Origin: Sminthopsis crassicaudata
Lineage: Eukaryota
Assembly (NCBI RefSeq): GCF_048593235.1
Contig: NC_133620.1
Span: forward strand, 295,259,765 to 295,323,764
Reading direction: 5' to 3'
DNA: 64,000 nucleotides
Part shown: positions 1 to 11,670 of the stretch, piece after piece
Layout of the letters: the number at the start of each line of letters is the position of its first letter
How positions within the stretch are numbered: the stretch's first letter is position 1
Program-made: the position numbers and the translations under genes
Notes under the pieces: model-generated
Told to the model about the DNA's origin: nothing
The model's input: the letters and a program-made list of their open reading frames with translations, nothing else
Databases searched by the model: none

Positions 1-409
1 TCCTTTTTTATTTAAAAATATGTTCCTCTCCTTTCCCAGTGTGGTGCTTGTAACAAAAGTTGACAAAGAAAAATTCAGTAAATCTTATTGAGTGGCCCAT
101 TTTTTGGAGGCACCTATTTGCATATGAAAGCCATGAAACTAGGCTGAGATTTAGTAAAGACAATGGACTCTTCAACTTGGCTAGTGGAGAGAAGATAAAG
201 AAGGAAAAGGATTATTGATTTTGCTCTTCTTTTACCTTGGTTAACTCAAATGGGCCATTTAAGTTCCCATGCTTTTATAAAGTACAAATGAGCCATTCAA
301 AGTGTCAAAACTTTACATTTTCCCTTTCAAAAGGTGGAGTAGGGGACTCAGTTGACCAGGGGTTCTGTGATCAACGCCTCCCTTAACATTTTTTTAATAC
401 TTCATGTAT

Positions 410-538
410 GGGGCAGCTAGGTGGTGCAGTGGATAGAGCACCAGCCCTGAATTCAGGAGGACCCGAGCTCAATGTGGTCTCAGACACTTAATACTGTGTG
501 ACCCTGAGCCTTAACCCCAGCCTCAAGGGGGGAAAAAA
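410..538 (+). mobile_element. WSINE1-type tRNA-derived CORE-SINE
   Basis: GGGGCAGCTAGGTGGTGCAGTGGATAGAGC head (A box), B-box-like segment, ends CTTAACCCCAGCCTCA-G-run-A tail. Confidence 0.85.
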
Positions 539-770
539 TTCATTTCTAATGGCATAGTGATATTAATATCATAGTTTTTTAGCTAGCTCTCAGTGAACAT
601 CTTTGTCTTCTACCCTTTTCTTAATTCCCAAGCTTTCCCTGTGTTTATAATTTTGCATTTATCTTATATATAGCTTTTTTTGGTATATAATTGTTTGCAT
701 ATTGTCTCTTTCATTAGATTAGTAATCTCCTTGAGTATGGAGATTGTCTTTTGCTTTTTATTGTAGCTTC

Positions 771-1243
771 TGTTATGCCACAGTCTCCTTGAATTGTCCT
801 ATCTCATTCTGCACCAACCCCCAGGCTACACCACTACCCTTCCCTCTTAATCATCGGGATGTTTGATCAGGATAAATATCTTCTATCTTAGATATCTTGA
901 CTCCAGAACCCTCCCTTCTTATCAAAATGTCCAGTGCCTCCCCCCATTCTGTCATTGTTCTTCTTGATCCCAACTAATATGAATGTCTGTGCCTTCCCCA
1001 ACCCTGTCAGAACTGGATTGATAGTCCTTTCCCACTCTCAGCACTCTGACTCCGCCCATGCCTCAGTCTACCCCCTGGTAGCTTAGAACCACGTGCATAT
1101 ATACTTCATGGGAAGCACACATTCCCTGCTGGATGCTTTGGACATCAGCCCTGGGGGCATCATGACCCAGCACAATCTCTCCCTTTCAATAAAATATTAA
1201 AACTCTCTAATCTCTATCTTGCCTCAGTTTCTCTGGCATTACA
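771..1243 (+). mobile_element. Solo ERV LTR
   Basis: TG...CA ends with near-perfect terminal inverted repeat tgttatgcca/tggcattaca; AATAAA near 1188; interrupts an L2 3' tail; TSD degenerate. Confidence 0.65.
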
Positions 1244-1337
1244 CCTTTATACTTAGAACAGTGTCTGAGCTATAGTAGATGCTTAATAAATGTTTATTGT
1301 TGATTGATTATTACAAAGATCATCCTGGTATATATGG

Positions 1338-1900
1338 TGTAATGTCCAGGATAGCTTTTTCTGGAGTCTGGAGTCTGAGCTCGAGCACACACACAGTCAA
1401 GTTTCCTTATTTCAAATCCTCTCAGCCCTTATATATTTTAGTACAATTACATCACTACAGCACACTGATCATGTGCTAACTGTAGAACCATTACATCACC
1501 ATATTAAGTATATGTGAAGTAGAGAGCCATCATCTCATTAATCACACTGAGTAAATACCCTGCTGTAAGTATCCTTGCTTCAAGTATACTTTTCTCAGAG
1601 TTCCCCAATATCTGCGGTCCGCAATGATGAGGAGAAATCTGAGGCTCTAAGCCAAGGTGGATCAACTCTTTTTCTGGTGGTCTGATTACCTCTCTCTTCT
1701 TCCCCAAAGTAACTAAGGCCAGGTCCAGATAGCGAATGAATTTGCTATCAATGTTGTATTAAAACAAGGTCTTTATTGATAGTAAAGGGATAGACAGCAT
1801 TTGGCCTCTAGGAAGGTCAAGCTGCTGGCAAGGGAACGCCAGTTGGCAGGCACAAGGCAAGACTACCGAGTGCGAGGAATGCATTTTTAGAAATTCTTTT
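1338..1900. mobile_element. LTR-like fragments (probably two, reverse orientation)
   Basis: Start tgtaatgtccagg resembles the 2697 LTR start; reverse-strand TATA-like and AATAAA motifs; boundaries uncertain. Confidence 0.35.
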
Positions 1901-2696
1901 TATATATAACCAGGGTCATAAAACAAAGTTTGCACAGAGATGTTATCCAAGACAAGAATTTCTAAAATTCTATTAATTATTTGTCTCAAGTTATCTCCTT
2001 TAACCTCTCCTCAGACAATAATTTCCTGTTAATTATTTTTATCTTGGGCTATCTCTTTTTGACTTTATCACTCTACATATGGAAACTTTTTCTGTCTTTG
2101 ATCTCCTTGATGTATATGCCTAAGCAATGATATCTCTGAGTCAAAAGTTAAGCTATTTTAGTCTTTGAAATATAATTTCAAATGGTTTTCAAGAGTGATT
2201 CCATCAAAGCAGAAATACTGAGGAGTATGAGTAAATCTAGAATGGCTTTTCTGTGACAATATGGGTCAAACGTCAATAAAAAAGTGAAAATATTATGTTA
2301 TGATCCACACTCAGTCCCCACAGTTCTCTCCCTGGGTGCAGATGGCTCTCTTCATCACAAGACCATTGGAATTGTCCTGAATTACCTCACTGTTGAGAAG
2401 AGCTATGCTGGACAGAGTCTTTTTTAAAAATTGCCTTGATATTCTAAAACCAAAGGGTAAAATAGTCTTTGAAAGAATCTACTCATGACCTTCTGAAAGA
2501 GTTGGAAATTCCAATGAATATTGTAGCCAAATTCCAGAATTATCAGATCAAGGAGAAAATACTAAAGTAGCCAAAACGAAACAATTCAGATATCATGGAA
2601 CCACAGTCAGAACTACACAGGACTTAGTAGCTTCTATATTAAATAATTTAAGGATCTGAAATATAATATTTTGGAAGGTAAAAGAAGTAAAAGGAT

Positions 2697-3058
2697 TGTA
2701 AAGTCTGGGCTAGCTTCCCGGAGGCCTCAGGATCAGCTGGAGTCAGGATAAATTAAAGTCTGGGGGAGAAGTGAAGGAGACAGACAAAACTGCCATGAGG
2801 CTCCTGGATTCTGGAGTCCAAAATCACCAACTTTTCTCCTCCTCCTCCTGTTGCAAAGTGAAGTCTGGATTGTTTCATCCCACCCTCTAAACATTGCCTA
2901 TGATTATCTGTATACATCAAACATTGAGCCAGTAACACCTGTGAGAAGAGCCATTTTTCAAAACATATGCTGATAGAGTCATTGTCAAATAGATAATTAG
3001 CCTTAAGTGCTCAGTTGTCTGATTCAAACATACCTTTTAAGGGTTTCAGCCCTTTACA
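2697..3058. mobile_element. Solo LTR inserted in L1 ORF1
   Basis: Terminal inverted repeat tgtaaag/ctttaca; 6-bp TSD aaggat/gaggat; the L1 sequence resumes on both sides. Confidence 0.75.
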
Positions 3059-3388
3059 GAGGATTACAACCAATAATCAACTATTCAGTAAAACTGAGTA
3101 TAATCTTTCAGAGGAAAAGCTGGACATTCAATGAAATAGGGGACTTTCAAACATTCCTGATGAAAAGCCCAGAGCTAAACAGAAAATTCAATCTTCAAAT
3201 ACAAGATTCAAGAGAAGCATAAAAAGGTAAATAGAGAAGAAAAACATTTTATTAAATAAAATTAAACTGTTTACATGGGAAGGTGATACTTGTAACTGTT
3301 GAGAATTTTATCTTTATTAAGGCAGAAGAATATATAGACAATGTAGATATAAGTTGACTTTGATGTGATGACATGAAAAAAAATTATT

Positions 3389-3514
3389 GGTGCAGTGGAT
3401 AGAGCACCAGACCTGAAGTCAGGAAGACCTGAGTTCAAATCTGGCCTCAGGCACTTAACACTTCCTGGTTGTGTGACCCTGGGCAAATCACTTAGTTCCA
3501 ATTGCCTCAGCAAA
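3389..3514 (+). mobile_element. 5'-truncated WSINE1/SINE1-like element followed by (TTAA)n
   Basis: ggtgcagtggatagagcaccagacctgaagtcaggaagacctgagttcaaatc...tgtgtgaccctgggcaa. Confidence 0.75.
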
Positions 3515-6500
3515 ATAATATTAATTAATTAATTAATTAAGGATTGTACTGGGAGAAGAGAAAAAGGAAGGCAAAATAGGTTAAATTACATCATATGAAG
3601 AGACACAAAAAAGCTATTACAGTAGAGGAAAAGAACGGAGGATGAACATTGTTTGAATTTACTGTTTTGGGATTTGGATCAAAGAGGAAATAACATACAC
3701 TTTCAGTTGAATATAGAAAATTTATCTTACCCCATAGGGAAATAGGAGGGGAAAAGGGAAAGAAAAGGCAGGAAGTGATAGAAGGGAGAGCAGATTAAGG
3801 AAGGCAATAGTCTGAAACAAAACACTGGTGAGAACAGACATAGGATGAAATAGGACAAAAAAAGTACACAGATAGTAATCATAACTGTGAAAATTAATGG
3901 AATGAACTCTCCCATGAAATGGAAACAGAAAGCAGGAGTGGATTAAAAAGCATAAACCTACAATGTATTGTTTAGAAGAAATAGATGTGAAACACATAGA
4001 ATAAAGTTAGAAGACTGGAGCAGAATCTCAGACAAAGCAAAAGCAAAAATAGATTTAATTAAAAGATAAGGAAGGAAAATACATCTTGCTAAAAAGGCAC
4101 CACAGACAATGAAGTAATATCAATAATAAACATATATGCTCCAATTGGCATATCATCCAGATTCTTAGAGGAGAAATTAAGTGATTTATAGGAAGAAATA
4201 GATAGCAAAACTATACTAGTGAGGGATCTCAACCTCCCACCTCAAAATTAGATAAATCTAACCACAAAGTAAACAAGAAAGAAGTTAAGAAATTGAAGAG
4301 AATTTTAGAAAAGTTAGATATGATAGACTTTGGAGAAAACAGAATGGGGATAGAAAGGAATATACCTTTTACTCAACAGTAGATGGCACCTACATAAAAA
4401 CTGACCATGACTACATAAAAACTTTATGACCATTAAGGCATAAAAACCTCAAAATCAATGTAGAGAGGTAAAAAATATTAAATGCATCTTTTTCAGATCA
4501 TTATGCAAAAAAATTACATTCAATAAAGGGTCATGGATAGACTAAAAACTAATTGGAAATTAAACAATTTCAGCCTAAAGAATGAATGGGTCAGACAACA
4601 ATTCATAAAAATAATCAATAATTTCATCCAAGAGAAGAGGCAACATACCAAAATATATGAGATACAGCCACAGCAGTTCTTATGGGAAATTTTATATCTC
4701 TAAATGCTTACATAAATAAAACAGAGATAGGGGAAATCAATGATTTGGTCATGCAACTAAAAAAGCTAGAAGAACAAATTTAAAATCCTCAACTCAATAA
4801 ATACTAAATTAGAAATTCTGAAAATCAAAGAAGAGATTTATAACATTGAAAGTAAGAAAACTACTGAATTAATAAATATAACTACACAATAAATATAATT
4901 AGAGCTGGTTTTATGGAAAGAAAACAATAAAATAGATGAACCTTTGGTTAATTTGATTTTTAAAAGCGAATACCAAATTGCCAGTATTAAAAATTAAGAG
5001 AGTGAATTCATCACCCATGATGAAGAAATTAAAACAATAATTAGGAGATATTTTGCCTAACTTATTTGCTAATAAATCCAACAAGCTAAGTGAAATGGAT
5101 AAATAATTACAAAAATATAAATTGTCCAGATAACAGAAGAGGAAATAAAATACTTAACTAATCCCATTTTAGAAAAAGAAATTGAATAATATATTAATGA
5201 ATTCCCTAAGAAAAAAATCTCCAGAGGCATATGTATTTACAAATGAATTCTACCAAACATTTAAAGAACAATTAATTTCAAAATTATATTCACTATTTGA
5301 CAATATACCAAGAGTCCTTCAAAGTTCTTTTTATGATACAAATATGGTGTACATATCTAAACCAGGAAGAGCCAAAACAGAAAGAAAGTCATAGACCAAT
5401 CTCCCTAATAAATATTGATGCAAACATTTTAAACAAAATATTGGCAAAGGGATTATAGCAACTTAATACACTATGATCAAATGGGATGTATACCAAAAAT
5501 GCAGAGCTGATTCAGTTTTAGGAAAACTATCAGCATAATTGACCAAAGTAATAACAAAACTAACAAAAATCATATTATTATCTCAATATATACAGAAAAA
5601 GTTTTTGACAAAATACATATTTCATTCCTATTAAAAACACTAGAGAGCATAGGAACAAATAGAGTTTTCCTTTAAATGAAAAGCAACATCTCTCTAAAAC
5701 CATAAGTAAGCATTATACATAATAGGGATAAGCTAGAACCATTCCCAGTAAGATTAGGAGTGAAGCAAAGTTGCCTATTATCACTACTATTATTCAATAT
5801 CATAGTAGAAATATTAGCTTTAGCAAAAACAGAAGAAAAAGAAGTTGAAGAAATTAGGCTAGGCAATGAGGAAATAAAATTATCATTCTTTGTAGATGAT
5901 ATGATGCTGTACTCAAAGATTCCTAGAGAATCAATTAAAAAACTACTTGAAACAATTAACAAATTTAGCAAAGTTACAGGATAAATAAAATAAACTTAAA
6001 TAAAACATAAGCATTTCTAAATATTACCAACAAAGCCCAGTATCAAGAGATAGAAAGAGAAATAACATTTAAAATAACAGTAGACAATTCAAAATATTGG
6101 GAGTCTACCTGACAAGACAAACCCAGGAACCAATCACAACTACCTTACACAATTACAAAACCCCTCACACAAATAAAGTTAAATCTATACAATTGGAAAA
6201 ATATCAATTGCTCATGGGTAGGCCAAACTAATATAATAAAAATAACAATTCTAACTAAATTGATTTATTTATTTAGTGCCCTACAAATCAAACAACCAAA
6301 ATTATTTTATAGAATTACAAAAAATAATAACTAAATTCATCCGGAAGAACAAAACATAAAGAATATCAAGGGAAGAAATGGGAAAAAATGCAAGGGAAGG
6401 TGCCTAGCCATATCAAATCTAAAACTATATTACAAAATGACAATCATCAAAACTATTTGGTACTGGCTAAGAAATAGAGTAGTGAATCAGTGGAATAAGT

Positions 6501-6942
6501 TGTATACACAAGACACAGTAATAAATGACTACAGTAATCTACTGTTTGATAAACTCAAAAACTCCAGCTTCTGGGATAAGAACTCACTATTTGACAAAAA
6601 CTGCTGGGGAAACTGGAAAATACTATGGCAGAAATTAGGCATTGACAATGTCTTCACCTATACCAAGATAAAGTCAAAATGAGTACATGATTTAGACATA
6701 AAGGTGATACTATAAGCAAATTAGGAGAGCAAAGAATACTTTTCCTGTCAGATCTATGGAGAAGGTAATGGGAGGGGATGTGGGAAAACTGGGATACTAA
6801 TACACTATTGGAGTTGTGAACCGATCCAACTATTCTGGAGAAAAACTAAACATACCACTATGCATACTCAGTATAAACTGTGTATATCCAGCAATTCCAC
6901 TACTAGGTCTGTATCCCAAAAAGATCATAAAACATGGAAAAG

Positions 6943-7227
6943 TGTTGTGTCACTGGAGCCACCTGACAGGCCTGCTGGAGATCCAACCCAGATCTGCAGA
7001 ATGGATCTCCTTTTGTGAGACAAGAAACTGAGAGGCAGTTGCTGTTCTCTGACCTCTCTGACTGAGAGGCTGTTGCGTTGTCTGACCTCTCTCCTCTTCC
7101 CTCTGCCTCCAGTTTATCTCATTCCCAGTCCGCAACACCTGTGTCAGCAAAGGCTGCCCTGTAACTCCTTCAGATGCTATGATCCACAGATGTGGAGGCT
7201 CTCAGAGAATTGGCCTGTCCCTTACCA
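6943..7227. mobile_element. Solo LTR (285 bp) inserted in L1 ORF2
   Basis: TG...CA ends with a perfect 6-bp TSD GAAAAG (6937-6942 and 7228-7233). Confidence 0.8.
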
Positions 7228-9169
7228 GAAAAGGACCCATACATACAAAAAATTTTATAGTAATTCTTTTTGTGGTGGCAAAGAACTGGAAATTGAGGGG
7301 ATGCCTATAAATTGGGGAATGGCTAAAAAAGCTGTTGTAGATGAATATAATGGAATACTATTGTTCTATAAGAAATAATAAGCAGAAAAAAATTAAATGT
7401 ATTACATACAAGTAATAGCAATATTGTGAGATGATCACAGCTATGAATGACTGCTATTCTCAGCAATAAATGAGCCAAGACAACTCTGAAGGACTTAATG
7501 ATAAAAACTGCTATCCATACCCAGAGAAAGAACTAATTGTGTCTGAATACAGATTAAAGTGTAGTTTAAAATTTTTTTTGAGGGTTGCTTTTTTTTGTGG
7601 TGATGGAGATCTCTGTTTTCTTTCACAATATGACTTTTATGGAAATGATTTGTATTACTTCCTATGTGCCTTCTCAGTGGGGGAGAAGTGTTAAAGAAGA
7701 TAGAAAATCTGGTACTCAAAATTTTTAAAATGTGTAAAAAATTCTTACATGTAACCAGGAGAAATAAAAATATTAAATAAAAAGAAATATTAAAACCAAA
7801 AAAAGGAAGAAATGGATGAGCAGGTAGATTTCAGAAAAACCTGGACTTACATGAATTGCTGTTGAGTGAAATGAACAGAATCAGAAAAACACAGTACACA
7901 GTGACAACAGCATTGTGCAATAATCCATTTTGATATACCTCTTCTCAATAATATAATGGTCTAAGATAATTTCAAAAGACTCATGATGGAATTAAGAAAG
8001 GCCATTTTGAGGAGGGAAGAGGGAAAGGAATTGGCTCAGAGAAACAAAAATTGAACTCAAAATCTTATAAAAGTAAATGTTGAAAACTATCTTTATGTGT
8101 AATTAGAAAAAAAACAATTAAGTGGGGGAGGGGAAACAAAACTTAGACCTTCAAAATAAAGCAGCCTTTGATTATTCATCGTCTAGATGTAAGATGATGG
8201 AGAAAATGTTAATGATGCAGGGTAAACTTAAGTGTATCTTAAACTCAGTGTATCTGAGCCTTTTCAGAGTTAAACATTTACTAGTATGATTGTGCCCACT
8301 GGTCATCCACCTGTCTTTTCCTTCTCTGTATTCTTTGCCAGCTCATCATCCATAATAAGCAACCTGGGATGCCCTTACCAGCCTCCCTCCGTCCTGTTTA
8401 GATCTTCCCTTCCTCTCAATCTTCCTAATTATGTTTCTTATCTTTTTCTACTTTCAGGTAGAAGCTTACTATGACAAAGTTCCTGCTCTATTTTTACCTT
8501 TGAGCCAATTTCCATTCCAATTGGGTCTATCTCAGATCCTCCAGAACAGGAATCTCTCCCCTTCCCTCTCCCCTCCCCACTGTTTGGATCACCAATTACA
8601 CCAATTACAATCCCTTTAGTAAGATGAAGAAGCACCAGACTTTTCCATCATCCTTCCACTATATTTTTCAATGCACCCCATGGATCTCTGAGCCTTGCCA
8701 GACATTCATCCCAGGACCACCAGACCTTGCCATCTTCTCTGTAGCTTAACCAAGAGAAAGATTTACAGGAACTGATCCAAAAGTAGAACTAAGGAAACAG
8801 TACTCCCAATGGCTACAACAGTAAATGGAAAGAGTAACAATGTAAACTGAACATTGTAAAAAATAAAATAAAAAAAATTTGTAAGAATCAAATTTGACCT
8901 GAAAAAAAAAGATATGAGAAGACACCATTATGTCTCTTCTTTGCAGACATGAGAGTGTTAATCTTTTTGATGTATTGGTTAGTTTGCCAGATTATTTTTG
9001 TCTTGTTTTCCCCTTTAATTCTTTGATCTCTGGGTAAAGGAAATATTAATAATACAAAACAAAAGAATATGTGTAAAGTCCTTTATAAACCTTAAAGTTA
9101 CAAATAGCTAGGTAAACATCTCCATGTCAGCTGAGACAACTTCTTTGTGGGAAGGAACAATGTTTTTAT

Positions 9170-10614
9170 TGTTAGGATTCTTACAAGGTGCTAAGTCAGT
9201 TGTCTAATTTAGCTTGCTTCTCTAGTTCAGAGTTCACACCTTTCACACCTTTAAGAGTTCACACCTTTAGAAGAGCATATAAAAGGACAAGCCCACTAGA
9301 AGCTCCAGGAGATTAAGAGCCAGGATTCAGTAGGGAGATTCACAAGTCTAAAGGACAAACCCACTCATGGACTTTGGGAGATTCATAACTGGAATTGACT
9401 TCCATGAGATTCACAAGCCTACAGAAACCCACAATCCCACTCTTGGAGGCAGAGTCAAGATTCATTCCCACTAAACTGGGACACTGATGCATTGTTGGTG
9501 GAGTTGTGAAAGAATCCAACCATTCTGGAGAGCAATCTGGAATTATGCCCAAAAAGTTATCAAACTGTGCATACCCTTTGATCCAGCAGGGCTACTACTG
9601 GGCTTATATTCCAAGGAAATACTAAAGAAGGGAAAGGGACCTGGATGTGCCAAAATGTTTGTGGCAGCCCTTTTTGTAGTGGCTAGAAACTGGAAGATGA
9701 ATGGATGTCCATCAATTAGAGAATAGTTGGGTAAATTATGGTATATGAATGTTATGGAATATTATTGTTCTGTAAGAAATGACCAGCAGAATGATTTCAG
9801 TAAGACCTGGAGAGAATTACATGAACTGATGCTGAGTGAAATAAGCAGAATCAGATCATCATACACTTCAACGACGATACTGTATGAGGATGTATTCTGA
9901 TGGAAGTGGATATCTTCAACATAGAGAAGACCTAATTCAATTCCAATTGATCAATGATGGACAGAATCAGCTACACCCAGAGAAGGAACACTGGGAAATG
10001 AGTGTAAATGTTTGCATTTTTTTTTGGTTTTTTCTTCCCAGGTTATTTTTACCTTCTGAATCCAATTCTTCCTTTAAAACAACAACAATAACAAAATTCG
10101 GTTCTGCACATATATATATTGTATCTAGGATATACTATAACATATTTAATATGTATGGGAATGCCTGCCATCTAAGGGAGGGGGTGGAGGGAAGAAGGGG
10201 GAAAATTCGGAACAGAACGGGAATGCAAAGGATAATGTAAAAAATTACCTAAGCATATGTACTGTCAAAAAATGTTATAATTATAAAAAAATTTTAAAAA
10301 TTAAAAAAAAAAAAGGTTCATTCCCACTTCCACCTTTGTACTGGCTAGAGACATTAGGAAGATGAGAGGCTGAAGCTGGCAGAGACAAAGGACTAGCGGA
10401 AAGAGCTCTTGGGAACCAAGGAGAGAGGAAGGCCTCCAGAAAACTACCCGAGCCCCAAGTGAAGGAGATAAGATTTTGGAAGAGACAATAAAGGATCTGG
10501 ACTTTAACTCCTGGCTGAATTTGGGATTATTGAACTGAACTGAAACTAAGGCTGCTCCCAGAAGCTCCCCAAGAGATCTGCCCACAGAGAACAATTATAT
10601 TTTAGAGAAGAGAA
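9170..10614 (+). mobile_element. ERV LTR split by an L1 insertion
   Basis: Starts tgttaggattcttacaagg, has TATAAAA and internal repeats, resumes at about 10313, AATAAA about 10487, ends gagaaca; related to the LTRs at 53.3 and 58.4 kb. Confidence 0.7.
9473..10312 (+). mobile_element. 5'-truncated L1 (3' end)
   Basis: L1 ORF2 C-terminus, 3'UTR and A tail; 16-bp TSD aagattcattcccact/aaggttcattcccact. Confidence 0.9.
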
Positions 10615-10667
10615 CATTAAACATGATATTTATAGTCTGCACATGCTCTTTACTAATAGTGGTTTTC

Positions 10668-11220
10668 TGCTGTTCTTCATTCTCAAAGAGGACCATGACA
10701 AGGAGATAATGCCATGATATGCAAGTGAATTGGATTTAAATTAAGGAGGGCTGTACAAGGTCATCTGCCTCACCTTCCCCTCCAAAATCCATCTGGGTCC
10801 AGTGGGGAAATATAGATCAAGAAGACTGGATAAAGACCTTGGCCTTTTTCAGTAAAGATCTTCACAGATCTCAGTTTGACTGAGGCCGCACCTATTCAGT
10901 GATTAAAACAAGGTAGCAATTGAGACAAAGAATCTCCTTTTCTAGTCCCCTCCCAAAAAATTAAATGAATCTGAGAAGGGAAATACCCTCAGGGTTTCTG
11001 GTCAAAGCAGAAATGCTTTACATTATTTATATTCTTTTTTAATTTATAATTATTTACATATTTACTTTCAATCTCAGCCAATCGGGACCCAAATACTGAC
11101 CAAACAGGGCTTGGTCCAGGACCTATTGGTGCCCAATTAGAATCAGATTGATCCTTTAGAAAGAAATCCAGCCAGTAAACCCCAAGATACTTGGGAGGGT
11201 TCAGAAGTGCAAAAGACAAA
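10668..11220 (-). mobile_element. RTE-derived marsupial SINE (WALLSI4-like)
   Basis: ttcattctcaaagaggaccatgac...gcaagtgaattggattta...atctgggtccagtgg motifs recalled from this family. Confidence 0.55.
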
Positions 11221-11509
11221 AAAAGAATGCTTTTAAGAGCATCTATAGGTAAGGATATGATACCCTAAATGGACAAAGGGAGGGAAGAAGGAAGGGAAGC
11301 TCAAGTATCTCCACATACTACCAGAAACTGATCAGTCCATAAACTACTCCTATTCCCTACTGCTTTAACCTGACCAGGTTTGGAATTTTAACTAGTAACG
11401 GTATGAAATATTTATCAGGACATTTATAATCAGTCTTTAGCCTCCTCTATGGAATCTTCTCTATTCATAGATCACCTTTCCCCGCTAGAGAAATAGATAG
11501 CATAGAGTA

Positions 11510-11670
11510 TTAAACAGAATCAGGATTGGAAAGATTTGGAATCAATAAGATAGGAATTCAAATACTACATCAGACATTAGCTGTGTGACCTGGGAAAATT
11601 ACTTTTAGGTTTGTCTATAAAATGAACATTCAATGACCTCTAAGGTCTCTTTCAACTCAAAATCTATGAT
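11510..11670 (+). mobile_element. MIR/MIR3 SINE
   Basis: CORE segment agctgtgtgacctggg and 3' end aaaatctatgat. Confidence 0.65.

Larger units (their letters stand above)
2400..8110 (+). mobile_element. Long degenerate LINE-1 (ORF1 remnant, ORF2 endonuclease-RT, 3'UTR) with nested insertions
   Basis: ORF2 fragments, e.g. QSCLLSLLLFNIIVEILA...FFVDDMMLY (RT YADD-like box) and IKTIWYWLRNR; A-rich sense strand; many stops and frameshifts. Confidence 0.92.

Noticed and set aside
410-480. tRNA-like A and B boxes
   Set aside because: These are SINE heads (also at 3389, 48429, 49700, 58982), with no cloverleaf or 3' tRNA end
5182-6682. Several 70-80 aa ORFs resembling reverse transcriptase
   Set aside because: Broken pieces of a dead L1 ORF2, not an active element or host gene
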